Part shown: positions 50,778 to 64,000 of the stretch, piece after piece
Layout of the letters: the number at the start of each line of letters is the position of its first letter
Position numbering within the stretch: the stretch's first letter is position 1
The notes under the pieces: model-generated
The model's input: the letters and a program-made list of their open reading frames with translations, nothing else
The model's database searches: none
Told to the model about the DNA's origin: nothing
NCBI GenBank assembly: GCA_951406725.2
Contig: OX597821.1
Location: forward strand, 41,850,001-41,914,000
From: Octopus vulgaris
Taxonomy: Eukaryota
Direction: 5' to 3'
DNA: 64,000 bases
Made by a program: the position numbers and the translations under genes

Positions 50778-53700
50778 TTATGCACACACACATATATATA
50801 TAACGTAAAAGAATGAGGATTTTGAACCAAGTCTGGTACTTTACAGGTACTCTGATAGAGTCCAGGTTCTGGCAAACCACATCGAATGATATGCATCACT
50901 GAGAAGTTGTTTAAGATAAACAATCGCACGGTATTTTTTTTTACTCGATATATAATTTCCGAGTTCGCTTCCTTGGATTTTATACTGTATACAGAATGTG
51001 TATTGAGGGAAAAGAACAAATTCTGAGGATATATCATTCGCTCGTTCTTTTTTATAATACGTTGCGCGCGTAAAAGGTGGAAATCGTGACTGAGTAGGAT
51101 CACTTCCTAAACTCAGTAAGTCCATGCAAATGTTCTGAGAGTCCAAGAAGGTCCTTCACTGCCAGTGGTTCACATGATAGTTAACCCCAGACTAGGACCC
51201 GAACAGGTGTTACTACTCCGTGCCAGAGTGAACCTGGGAACAAGGGTGGCTAAGAGATGGTTCCACAGGCCTCAAAAACCCTGGAACTCCCGTATCAAGT
51301 CCCCCACTGCCGAATTCAGTTGGAAGTCTTACCCCAAACGCACAGGTATATATAGGTGTGCATGTATTTATGTGTATATATGTATGTGTGTAGGTGAGTG
51401 TATATAGAACTGTGCTACTGTTCTGCAAAATGTCGGTGATAACAAACTAATCACTTCATACATTTTCATGCGCAAAGGAAAACCTGTTTTGCTTTTTTAA
51501 TGTAAAAAGAAAAAGAAAGGCAGTTTCATTGTTCTACATCTAAACAAATAACCCCATCATCGCCACCATATCGTTGAACCTTCCTTCTCTCTCTTTTCTC
51601 TCTCACACACACAAACTGACACATTTTCCTTTCCTTTGTTTTCTTGTTAACAAAGCACTTAAGCAAACAATATTCAATAACGCTGTCCTTTTAGTACAAA
51701 TATCTTCAAACATAGCATTTACAAGTTCAAGGACGAACCAGACGCTAAAAACATAACAGAATCAGAGATCGTTTGTCTCTGTTTTTGTTTGTTCTTTTTT
51801 GTGTGATTTTTGTTTATCTCCCCTTCACTTGATTTGTTTAATATTTCTGTAAAGACTGTGATAATTCACAAGACAACCGGTTACTTTTTATTGATGTGAG
51901 TTCGCTAGTTACTGCTGTTGACGTATCTTTGCAAAGATCTTTGTTATTTATTCTCTTACGAGTTTCAACATCAAATACAGAGTGACAGATATTATATATA
52001 TATATGTATATATGTACACGCACACACACACATATCATTACATTGCAAATAACAGATAATAGAGGCGCTAGCCAGACACTGCCCGTGCGTCTTTATCCTA
52101 ACCAGCTGACGATAAGTCCATAAGGCGGCCGATTAACAGTCGTTTCAGCTTTGGATTAGTTGCTTAGAGTGTAGAGAGTCAGAATGGTTACCATAGAGTT
52201 CAAATCCCACTGCAGCTATCTTTGCCTTTCTTCATTTCGGGATCGATAAATGAAGTACCAGTTTTGTACTGGAATCAATAAATATTCTCTCTTTCTCTCT
52301 GTCTGTCTGTCTTTCCGCCTGTCTTCTGAAAGAAATCAGCTATGATCAGACATAGAGAGGATTTGACAAGCCATATATCACAATGACCCACGATTCCTTC
52401 AAGAAACTGAGAAGACAGAGCAAGAAGCAAGACAAACCGGAGAAGTAAATGCCAATACACCAGATCTCTACCAAAAACTCAATAGCATCGCACTAAACTA
52501 GTTCCAATTTGTTATCACCAACGAATTCTGATACGATTTACCATTTGCTCCAAGAGAAAATAAAGAATAATATTAAAACAAAAATGTGTGGTTTACATAT
52601 AGACCAGATGGAAAAGTCCTTCCTAGATGGACTTACTTTAAGGCAGACCTGCCTAAGAGGTGGTTACGATTTTTCACAACTACATGTTAGTGTTCGATGC
52701 CATTATGCAGCACCTGGGACAAGTGTATTCTAACATAATATCGGGGTGGCCAAATAATACCGAAGAAAAATCCCAATTGGATCACGCAACAGGCAATTCG
52801 GCTTGTAGAAACGCGCGTATGTAATATACAGCTTTAAAATACTCATTATACTTTGTTTCTTATTTAGACATATATAAACAGAAATGAGTGAGAACACTAT
52901 AAGTCCATATGCATGTGCAATAGAGTTCAAACTCAATCTACGCCAAGTGACTTCACTCTGCGTACTTTGGCTCCGTTACCATAACAACCATCCTGATCCT
53001 TTTGGTTGTTTTTTTTTTTTTTTTATCAGACTTCGTACAAGTTTTAGACAGAATTTAGGCTAACGATGATACTATTAGACATTAAATATATATATTTTTT
53101 TTTTAAATAGGAAACTATAACAGTTGAAAGTGAAATTGTAATTTCAGCTTCTGCGATTGAAACAAATGGGGTTTTGTTTTGTTTTGTTTTGTTTTCCTGT
53201 CTAAAATAATATAATTTAAGATTGAAACAACACAAGTTTTGTTTACAAACATTTGTTCTGAAACTATTGTCAACAAAACAACCAAGAGGGAGAAGAGAGT
53301 GAAGAAAGAAAAAGAATAAACAGAAACATGAGAAATATACCAATTCCATATGATTTTAAATAAATTTAGAAAGAAGTCCAATTTTCTTTTTATTGTAAAT
53401 AACTTCTGGGGAGAGGTGTAAAGAATACAAATCGCCCTGAATATTATACATCGCAGAATTAAATTAAGAAATTCAATGTTTCTTTGAGTGGTCGTAAGAA
53501 AGTAGTAAATTCTCCAGAACAGGGCGACAGGAAAATTTAAAATTTAAAGGCTAAATAAATGAATGTATAAATATATAAATAATATTTCTTTTTAAACGCA
53601 TTATATATTCCTGTTTTTCTTGTCTTCAACTATCAGTGCTTAAAATTACATCTCCATTATTTTTTTTTTTCAACATATTTTGAGTTTTACAATGGAAATG

Positions 53701-54484
53701 TATTTTTTTGCTTAAACTATTGGGTTGTCAGATAAATGCGTTTTTTTTTTTTTTTTCATTTTGTGAAGGCGCAATGCTTAGTGGTCGAGGTATTTGGCTC
53801 ACGATCGTACGGTCGTGAGTTCGATTCCCGGCGACGCGTTGTATCCTTGAACAAGACACTTTATTTTAAATTGCGCCAGTCCACTCAACTGGCAAAAATG
53901 AGTAATACCTATTTCTTTACTACCCACAAGGGACTAAACATAGAGGGGACAAACAAGGACAGACATAGGTATTAAGTCGATTACATCGACCCCAGTGCGT
54001 AACTGGTACTTAATTTATCGACCTCGAAAGGATGAAAGGTAAAGTCGACCTCGGCGGAATTTGAACTCACAACGTAACGGCAGACGAAATACCGCAAAGC
54101 ATTTCGTCTGGCGTGCTAACGACTCTGCCAGCTCACCACCTTGAGTAATACCTGTAATTCAAAGGGGCCAGCCTTGCCACATTCTGTGTCACGCTGAATC
54201 TCCCTGACAACTACGTTAAGGGTACACGCGTCTGTGGAATACTCAACCACTTGCACGTTAATTTCATGAGCAGACTGTTCTGTTGATCCGATCAACTATA
54301 ACATAGATCGTCGTAACGGTAGGCGCTGGCGTGGCTGTGTGGTAAGTTGCTTGCTTACCAACCACATGGTTCCGAGTTCAGTCCCACTGCCTGGCACCTT
54401 GAGTAAGTGTCTTCTGCTGTAGCCTCGAGTCGACCAAAGCCTTATGAGTGGATTTGGTGGACGGAAACTGAAAGAAGCCCGTCG

Positions 54485-54518
<34 letters not shown>

Positions 54519-56971
54519 TGTGAGTGAATATGTTTGTGTATCTGTGTTTGTCGCCCCACCATCGCTTGACAACCGATGCTGGTGTGTTTACGTCCCCGTA
54601 ACTTAGCGGTTCGGCAAAAAGAGAACGATAGAATAAGTACTAGGCTTACAAAGAATAAGTCCTGTGGGTCGATTTGCTCGACTTAAGGCGGTGCTCCAGC
54701 ATGGCCGCAGTCAAATGACTGAAACAAGTAAAAGAGTAACGGACGAAGTGCCATTTTTTTTTTCTTTTTATTCCATTTATTTTAATCCTTTCCAATGTTG
54801 TTTGAATTAACACGGAAAATATTTTTATCTAAGTTTTTTCATGGTTTTTAGTTTGTTTTGTTTTTTTTTTAGTGTTCTATTCTTAGTCTGTAAACAAACT
54901 TTTGTTTATCGCTTTTGGAATTTGAATAAATTTTACCTCTTTTTCAGACATTTGACAATGGAATGCCAAGTAGAAATAAAACTAAAACAATCTCTCTGAC
55001 AGCCCCAATATTATTCAACTTTGAGATTCTAAATACCCTGGCTTTCCTTTTCTGGTTTGGTGAAAACATTAACAACAGGATGTAGACATAAATTCATAAA
55101 CTAATTTTTACAGAACCATTTTGCAACGTTGATTACTCTTTTTATTTCTTTCTCTGTTACTAAACTGAAACATTCCAGCAACGTCTGCATTTTCTCAGAA
55201 CTACAGAGAAAGTTGAAACTGACCTAGTGGTGCTTTGAATATTTACAACTGTATATTGAGGTCAATAAATTCCCAGAAACTCTATACATGTTACGAAGAA
55301 GTACTTACCAAGCCGCGCAGGTCGCAGTCGGTACGACGAGAATTTGACACTAAATAATAAGTGAAGTTATGGGTATACCGGTAGTTGAAAATATGTCACG
55401 GAGTAACGACCGTACCCTGCATAGTTACTAGCTGCCCTTTGGCGAGGCACAGCACCCGTTCAGCCACCCTGCCAGGGAAACGGCGAAGTTACGGGACTGC
55501 AGCATGGCGAGTTGTGAAGAGGTAGCGGAGGAGCTCAACTGGGCCAACGGTGTTCCTTACATTGAAGCTGAGCGGAGGAATCCTAGAAAATCGAGGGTCG
55601 GGATCACCAAGCTCTATCAAGGGGGTAACTGCAACGCTTCCGTAGGGGTAGCGTCCAAGGTTGTGTAATCAGCTAATGAAGGGTTCACTCGATTCAAACT
55701 CCCAATTCACAATAATGGAATTGAATGGCGACAGAGAGTGATGGGAATCCGCAAAAGCAGCGAAAACGGGAATGAAGTTAACAGTTTGGACGTATTTTTG
55801 AATGGTTACTCTTTTACTGGTTTCAGTCATTTGACTGTGGCCATGCTGGAGCACCGCCTTTAGTCGAGCAAATCGACCCCAGGATTTATTCTATCGGTCT
55901 CTTTTTGCCGAACTGCTAAGTTACGGGGACGTAAACACAACAGCATCGGTTGTCAAGCGATTTTGGGGGAACAAACACAGACACACAAACATATTCACAC
56001 ATGTACATATACATACATATATATGATGGGCTTCTTTCAGTTTCCGTCTACCAAATCCACTCACAAGGCTTTGGTTGGCAACAGGCTTCAGTGGAACACT
56101 TGTCCAAGGTGCCACGCAGTGGGACTGAACCCGGAACCATGTGGTTGGTAAGCAAGCTACTTACTACACAGCCACTCCTACGCCTATGGTTAATAAATAT
56201 CTTTTACGTTGTCATTGTTATAACTGCTGGATTCAGCAAAATAACATGTCAGAAGGGAACATTCTCAAAACTGCAGGCATAAAGTGCAAAAAAACAATAA
56301 ATATTTACACTACATATATCCCCACGTAACGGAAACGAATTCCTCAAAACCTGACCGTAAGGTGAAATTCTGTATCGCAAAGCATCCCCGGCATGCCCCA
56401 CGTTATGTTAAAGCCAATGGTACGTGTTTCTTGTCATGGAGTACCGCGTTACAGGACTCTGCAGTGTCCCGTAACGCGGTACTCCGTAACTCTGCAATGT
56501 TTTTATGAAAGCGAGGCATCTGTAACGCGGGAATACCTGTATTCTGCCTCGGCATTTAAGGCATTGAACCTTATCCCCTTCTATTTGATTCTATTGGTCG
56601 TCCTTCTGCTATATTTTCAAGTTCCTACGTTTTAAACTTTACATTTCAGTTCCGAAAGACAATCCCAACCCAATTTCAGTTCCCTATTTGCCAACCGTGC
56701 CATACTCAGCCGAAATCAGCAACGAACCCGACAGCCACGTCCTTTTATTCCTCTCCTTTCCATGCTATATAGTATTTAGCTTCGTCCCCTGGACGTTCAA
56801 AGTTCAAACGCTACCGACGCTGCTTTTCATCCTAATCGGCGTTGATTCAACGAAGAGCTTGATATAATTCTCATCATATCATTATTATCATCGTTTAACG
56901 TCCGCCTTCCATGGGTGAGACGGTTTCACAAGAGCCGGCCAGGCAGAAGCCGGCACCAGACTTCTGTGACT

Positions 56972-57220
56972 GTTTTGGCAGGATTTTTACAGCTGGATGC
57001 CCTTCCTAACACCAACTACTCAGCAGAGTGGACTTAGTGCTTCTCACATGGCACAAGCACAGGCGAGGTCAGTTTTGGCAGGATTTTTACAGCTGGATGC
57101 CCTTCTGAACACCAACCACTCAGCAGAGTGGACTTAGTGCTTCTTACATGGCACAAGCACAGGCGAGGTCAGTTTTGGCAAGATTTTTACAGCTGGATGC
57201 CCTTCCGAACACCAACCACC
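56972..57220. repeat. 100-bp tandem repeat (about 2.5 units) inside a SINE
   Basis: gttttggca starts at 56972, 57072 and 57172, with near-identical units. Confidence 0.9.
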
Positions 57221-57288
57221 TTACAGTATGGACTGGGTGCTTTAAGTGCTTTAAGTGGCACCTGCACTGACAGAGTCACCAAGTACTT

Positions 57289-57341
<53 letters not shown>

Positions 57342-57346
<5 letters not shown>

Positions 57347-57997
57347 GGTGCAAAAGTAGGTACACAGTAAGTATCACATCAATGTTATAATACTTAATTC
57401 ACTAAAATTATCAGCACATTAAATTAGTTAACCTAATTTTTGATATTCTCAGTGTCATTAATCATATTAATACAATCATCATAACTCTGATAATAATTTT
57501 AAATTTTGATAAAAAATAGATGTTTTGCATAAAAAGTGATGATTTAACCATGGCTGGTGATTTGACGGACGAGGAGCGCAAATGGATTTTAAAACAATAC
57601 TGGAAGACAGAGAATAGTGAACGTGTGATTGAGCAGCGGAGGGAAACCTTTGCAACGCCTTCACCAACGACGCTCACGATTTATCGACTACGTGAGAAAT
57701 TTGAGCGGACAGGGAGCATCCAAAGAGTGGTTGACAAATTACTGTGACAACGCAAAAGAATGCATTGGAAACAGCTCGGGCATTCACTTAGAACATGCAG
57801 AAATCGAAACAGAGGTGGGTGATCTGAATTTGGTACTGAACGCAGATCATTGGGCAAGTAGTTTGAATATCTGAGAGATTGACGTTGTTCTTGTTATTAC
57901 ATATATGTTGTAATAATGATTTGTTTGTATAATAAATGCAAAGAGTTTTTCATGCTTTCTTTTTTCATAACTATATACCTACTTTTGCACACCGCTG
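57342..57997 (+). mobile_element. Internally deleted Tc1/mariner-superfamily element
   Basis: TIRs (C/T)AG.GG.TGCAAAAGTAGGTA and TACCTACTTTTGCACACCGCTG next to (TA)n. N-terminal DUF4817-like HTH (MAGDLTDEERKWILKQYW...TIYRLREKFERTGSI) is joined directly to the C-terminal CIGNSSGIHLEH motif; the DDE core is missing. Confidence 0.8.
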
Positions 57998-58199
57998 TGT
58001 ATATCGACCAAATATATAACGAACAACGGTGAGAAAACTCCATAAAACCTGGTGCTCTTTGACATATCCTCTCTCCTTCAAGTTTGCTTCAAGTCTGTCG
58101 TTTAGTTAATATTTATGCTTATGTAGTCATAAGTATTAATTAGGCGACAAACAGGTTTGAAACAGACCTAGAGCTGAGGGGGTTTGCCATTGATAAGTT

Positions 58200-58990
58200 T
58201 ACGAATCGTGATGTATATGTGTCTGTGTGTGCGTTTCACAATCGCCATTTATTTCAATCTTGTGAAGATATTCACGTAACTTTCACTCATTTTTTCATTT
58301 AATACCCATTTTAATTTTGAAAAAGTTTCCGAGAAAAATGTTTTTACTCTCTACAAGAGGAGAAGGGGTTAGATGTAGATGATCAGTATTCTACAGTGGA
58401 GCAAAGACGAGTACAGGTAGCCAGCGTAAGATTACGAGAGACCCCTGCACAACGACATGAAAACGAACCAGCGAAGAGGCAAGGGGGAAACGGTTAGAAC
58501 AATTACGTCAACAAAATGCAATCCGCTGAAGCCAAGAGTCAAAAAAGGGAAGGGAAAAACATTTAAAGGATGCAAGACAAAGACAAACTGCAAGAGTTGC
58601 CAATGAGACAATAGGTCAGCGAGAGACAAAGAAAAAACCAAGAGCAAACAGTTGCTGCAAGACTTCGCCAATCTTCAGAGGAAAGACGTAAGCGTCTCGC
58701 TCAAGACAGGCTGAATACGTTTGACAAAAGAATTGCCTCTTCAATATGTGATAGAATTTATCTCCCTTCATAAAAGTGGTAAATTTTGTACTTTTGTTTA
58801 TCATCATCATCATTATTATTATTATCTTGTATTATTGTATATAAGAAATTCAGAACTGATTACATTATGCATCCCAATTGAAAAATCAATTGAATTTATA
58901 ATAAATTTCTATACTACATATTTTGCTTTTTTTTCTTCTAATATATAAGGAACAATTTCATGCCCAGGCAACGCCGAGTGCCCCTGCTAG
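58200..58990 (+). mobile_element. Degenerate Helitron with STPR-repeat coding remnant
   Basis: 23-aa periodic peptides TSEEARGKRLEQLRQQNAIR*SQ, ESKKGREKHLKDARQRQTARVAN and ETIGQRE; 3' hairpin cccaggcaacgccgag plus CTAG|T at 58990. The 5' boundary is uncertain. Confidence 0.65.
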
Positions 58991-60250
58991 TGTAACCATA
59001 TTCTACATTAGTACTAGCGCAAAATACTTACGTGAAGAATGGTAAATCACAGGAAATTTATTCTAATTTCCATGCTGTTCATTTACAGCTCTTTCTTATT
59101 CCGAACACGGAAAGGGTTAACATCCTTAAGCGCCAAAGAATTTGATACATCAACAATAAAACACAAACTAAATCTATATAGTATCAAACATTACTGACAC
59201 AAGCAGGAATTTTGGCAGAAAATCCATTCAAATATGATGCATCTAGATTTCATAAAATTAAAACTGCTACACATGGCTGAATGAAAGACGAAAAATCAAA
59301 TTCAGAACAATGCTGTTGGTGTCACATCCGGTGATTTAATTCAGAGCCTGTTGGTCTAGACATTCGGGCTCTGGGAGATTTACTGGCAGAAGGAGCAGAA
59401 AATAAATGGTTGGTGGGCACTGACTTCCAACCATATTGTATAATGATTTACATTGAGAAAAATATTGATCAAGGAACCGTTCGCTACTCATCGCTTTTGT
59501 AGTTGTGTTGCATAGAACTTAAGCCGCATAGGATATCAGTAATTAAAGCGAAATTTCTTTACGATTCAAACCATGTTTTTCTGCTTTTTTTTATTATTTT
59601 ATTTTATTTTTTGTAATCGCATAGATCTTTCTTTCGCTTAACATTAAAATACTTTCACAACAGCTGCTTTAATGTGTACGATTTAACCCTTCAATCGTGG
59701 CACTCCGTCGGTTACGACGACGAGGGTTCCAGTTGATCCGATCAATGGAACAGCCTGCTCGTGAAATTAACGTGCAAGTGGCTGAGCTCGGAGAGATTCA
59801 TCGTGACCAAGTGTGACAAGGCTGGCCCCTTTGAAATACAGGTACAACAGAAACAGGAAGAGTGAGAGTAAGTTGTGGTGAAAGAATACAGCAGGGCTCG
59901 CTACCACCCCCTGCCAGAGCCTCGTGGGGATTTAAGTGTTTTCGCTCAATAAACACTCACACAACATCCAGTCTGAGAATCGAAACCGCGATCCTATGAC
60001 CGCGTGTCCGCTGCTCTGAACCACTGGGCCATTGCGCTTCCAATCCTTCTAAAAAAAAAATATATATATATATATATATGGGTGTGTGTGTGTATGTATA
60101 CACACCCATATACACACAGACACACACACATATATATTGGCCTGCTCGCTTAGCCAGCGGGGTGGCATCATTTGAAGGCTTAAACAATGCGAAGCGCATT
60201 GTGACCAGCGATGTGTAGCAACATCTGAAAGCCTGGTCGGTCACGTGATA

Positions 60251-60289
<39 letters not shown>

Positions 60290-61756
60290 TCCTTTTAATG
60301 TGGACTTTTTCCATGCTCAGATGTACAAACGTACTCGGTTTTTTCTACAATCGGATGTCCTTACTGTCACCAAACCTCGCTTCTTTCCAAATAAGGTAAT
60401 ATTTCTCCTTGACCAGACAAGTTTTCGCGGAAGATTGAAAAGGAAGGATACTGCTTGTATGACAGGCATTCCTTTACAACTACACCGCAAGGCCAAGACA
60501 AGGAAATAAAACACACACACACATCACACGCACACACACAGGCTCACCGCCGAAATGTTATTCTTTGTCGTCACCGGTGTAGAATCTTAGCGCATTTATT
60601 TAGTGATTCTCTCATCCTTATTTGGCAAGTACTACTAAGTCAATGCTTCACTGCGATTAAAAGAAGACAGAAGCCCGTCGAAAATTGTGTAAAATAATCT
60701 AAATAATGTTAATCATTGAGTAATGCAGGCCTTTTTTCTACACCCCATAATTATTTCTAATTAGCTTTTTAATGTTCCACGCATTAAATATTCGTTCCTG
60801 GCTTTGGGTAAAAGAAAATACAAGAGGATCAATTAATTAGGATTTTATTCAACATATTTCCTTCTCAGATTATTGCAGTGGTGCTCCAGCATGACCGCAG
60901 TGAAATGACTGAAACAAGTAAAAGAATAAAAGACCGAAAGAATATATATAAAGATTTATTCTTTTACTTATTTCAAGCGTTGTACGGCGGTCATGCTGGG
61001 GCAACGAACTGAAAGGTTTAATGGAACAAATCAACCCTAAGTCCGGTTCTAATTCCACAGATTGTCAGATGGTCGGCCCGGGGCTAGAGCAGAAAATATT
61101 CATGCAAGATGCCGCGCAGTGGGGCTGGAACCAAAGCCACGGAGGTGCAATGCGAATTTCTTAGCCACACAGGTATGCCTGCGCCTGTGTGAACTCTAGC
61201 GTTGTTGGTTACAGACAAACTATATGGGACGGTCATGGATGGAATACTTTTAAGAATTAGTCTCCTTCGACAGAACTGACTCGAAGCTAAACAACAAAAC
61301 AACAACAATAACAATCTATAACGATTGGACCCGAGACGTAGTAATAAATCAGTGATGTGTGAATTAATTACATTACATTAATCGATTGATTTTTAATCGA
61401 TCTGTGTGTAAAAGTCAATTTAGTGCTCCCATCACAAAAGCTGAATCACAATAGTTTCCGCTTCTTTAAGACTTTTCATTGGTTGCCTTTGACATCATTT
61501 GATAATTGGTTAAGTGTCCTTCCTTCACTTGTTTCAGTCATTAGACTGCGGCCACGCTGTAGCACTGCCTTAAAGAATTTTAGTTCAACAAATCGACTCC
61601 AGTATTTAGCTTTTTTTAAAGCTTCGTACTTAATTTATCGGTCGCTTTTGTCGAACTGCTAAGTTACGGGGACATAAACACACCAACACCGATTGACAAT
61701 AGTGGGACACACGCACACAGGTATATATATATATATATACACCACACACACACATG

Positions 61757-61802
<46 letters not shown>

Positions 61803-62122
61803 GTCGGACCTCTTTCAGTTTCTATTTACTAAATCCACGTACAAGACTTTGGTCGGCCCGGGGCTACAGTACAAGACGTTTGCCCAAGATGCCACGCAAT
61901 GGTTTTGGAAACCCGAAGTATATGGTTCTTACCTCACAGCCGCACATGCGCCTCTAGAATTGATAAATGACTTAAGCTCACTTCCAGTTGAAAATAACCA
62001 TATCACTGAAATATCAAGTCGTTTGCTTCGCTACTGAGAGGTTCATCTAGGTCTGAGCTAGGTGATATTTGTTCTTCGATGTAGGCAGCAGTAGCACTGT
62101 AAAATTGAAGTGTGTTTCATCC

Positions 62123-62297
62123 CATTATTTACATTATTTACATTTGACAGATATTTGTCTTCATCTTCTTTGTTGTTAACACAACGTTTCGGCTGATATA
62201 CTCTCCAGCCTTCATCAAGTGTCTTGGGGGAAATTTCGAACCTGGGTTTTCATTCCTAAGGTATTTTTCGATGTTATTACCACTATACCATATAACC
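62123..62297 (-). mobile_element. Inverted, internally deleted copy of the tRNA-hammerhead SINE
   Basis: Reverse complement of the element's tail, with the hammerhead at 62178-62223 (C3 changed to U); it keeps only the first about 18 nt of the tRNA head (ggttatatggtatagtgg). Confidence 0.8.
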
Positions 62298-62300
62298 GTG

Positions 62301-62575
62301 AGTATGTGGCGTAGTGGTTAAGAGCGCGGGCAACTAACCCCAAGATTCCGGAGTTCGATCCCAGACAGGGACCTGAATAATAATAACAACAACACTGAAA
62401 AATACCTTAGGAATGAAAACCCAGGTTCGAAATTTCCCCAAGACACCTGATGAAGGCTGGAGGGTATATCAGCCGAAACGTTGTGTTAACAACAAACAAG
62501 ATGAAGACAAATATCCTTCAAATGTAAATAATGTAAATAATGTACATAATCCCTCATCACTTAAATATAGAACTG
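62301..62575 (+). mobile_element. tRNA-headed SINE with hammerhead tail
   Basis: A box TGGCGTAGTGG (62307-62317), B box GAGTTCGATCCC (62351-62362), (AAT/AAC)n linker, hammerhead, and the same 3' end as the 32-kb copy (cttaaatatagaact). Confidence 0.85.
62442..62487 (+). ncRNA. Intact minimal type I hammerhead ribozyme
   Basis: GACAC-CUGAUGA-A-GGCUG[GAGGGUAUAU]CAGCC-GAAA-CG-UU-GUGUU: 5-bp stem I, 5-bp stem II, palindromic AACGUU in place of stem III; predicted cleavage after 62482. Confidence 0.85.
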
Positions 62576-63373
62576 TATGTTTCATCCCAGTTCTTATGAG
62601 TGGATCTGTGCAGACGGAATATTTGTTGGAGTTCATTTGGTTGGCTGCCCATAGGGACCCATGTTTTCTCCTTTTCCTAAAATACCCTCACAGATCATGC
62701 AAGGGTCACAGGTGCTTCCTCCTCCCCATACACACTTGCTCTGAATAAGTCATCAAACAGAAAATCCCACAATATTGATGTCGTTTCTTGTGGGGTCATT
62801 TCTCATTTGAAACTTTACTTGAAGATCGAACCAAGAGGCTTATTGAACTGACAACCTCCACCATCAACATCACCCACCACCAGCCCCTCTACAACGTACC
62901 TGAAAGTTGTAATTTTTAACTGCGGTTTCTCAGCACTGCGCTAATGTTATCGAGAATTGTTCATTCCATCGTAAACCGTCCTGTTTTCAAAACTAAATTT
63001 TCAAAGAATAATTTTGAAAGATCAAAAAAATTTTATCTTTATCACCAACTTTTGATGATTTATAGATTTCTGTCGATTCCGAATAATATTTATAGCAGCA
63101 GAAAAAATAGTCTGTATATTCAGGCCCTCTTCATCTGAGGCTCTAAGAATAGAACTTGGATTGGAATCTGTAAGTCATTTTAATATTTACCATGAAAAAA
63201 AAATATACAGGCGTAGGAGTGGCTGTGTGGTACGAAGCTTACTTCCCAGCCACATGGTTCTGGGTTCAGTCCCACTGCGTGGCACCTTGGGCAAGTGTGT
63301 CTTCTACTATAGCTTCGGACCAACCAAAGCCTTATGAGTGGATTTGGTAGACGGAAACTAAAAGAAGCCTGTC

Positions 63374-63459
<86 letters not shown>

Positions 63460-64000
63460 TGTATGTATGTATGCCGGTGTTTGTCCTCTCACCATCGACT
63501 GACAACTTTGCGGTTCGGCAAAGGTGTCCGATAGAATAAGTACTAGGCTTGCAAAGAATAAGTTCTGGGGTCGATTTGTTCGACAAAATGTAGTGCTCCA
63601 GCATGGCTGCAGTCAAATGACTGAAATAAGTATAAGAACAAATAAAAGAAGATAAAAAAAATACATGAAAAACAAAACAAAAAAAATGCGTTGGAAAACG
63701 CTAGCTGCTGTTCACTTGGCATCATTTCTTATCGACAATAACCTCGCGATGATCTTCTTAAAGACCTCGTTTTGGATGTCTTTGAAGAAATTAAAGCTAG
63801 CTAAACGTGGCCCATTAGGCGTGGTGAGACTGTCTGTATTTTAAGTTTACTACAGAGAAACGGGGAAATTTATCGTAGACAAGAACTGATATGAGAGAAA
63901 CAACAAACCGATGATAGAGAGAGATAAGTTAAGAAAAAAAACGTGTCTGCAAACATTGCCCTGGAAAACAAAGTGGAGATCAACATTAAACCATGATACC

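Noticed and set aside
52974-52987. RFX X-box-like GTTACCATAACAAC
   Set aside because: A single imperfect motif with no identifiable exon or gene nearby.

Overview
AT-rich, repeat-dense animal genomic DNA, with microsatellites and tRNA-derived SINE families that I recognise as coleoid cephalopod, most likely Octopus (inference). One host gene can be supported: a minus-strand Ctr/SLC31 copper-transporter family gene. Three of its coding exons (15032-14966, 6189-6084, 4279-3886) splice in frame to 188 aa; its first coding exon was not found, and its probable promoter is near 20.3 kb. The rest is mostly mobile-element debris: SINEs, a Penelope-like GIY-YIG retroelement, RTE, CR1-group, Dong/R4 and Hero LINE fragments, Helitrons (one with STPR repeats), Tc1/mariner, hAT and piggyBac-type remnants, and a 5S rRNA pseudogene. 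The most interesting signal is RNA structure: seven minimal type I hammerhead-ribozyme folds from three unrelated repeat families. One family is a tRNA-headed (Pol III) SINE whose tail is a Penelope-type hammerhead, and it includes a head-to-head inverted pair. The other two families share a non-canonical CUG-U-N-GA core. There are also several local inverted or templated duplications and a CpG-decay boundary that seems to mark the gene body. All calls were made by eye with no database search, and repeat boundaries are approximate.
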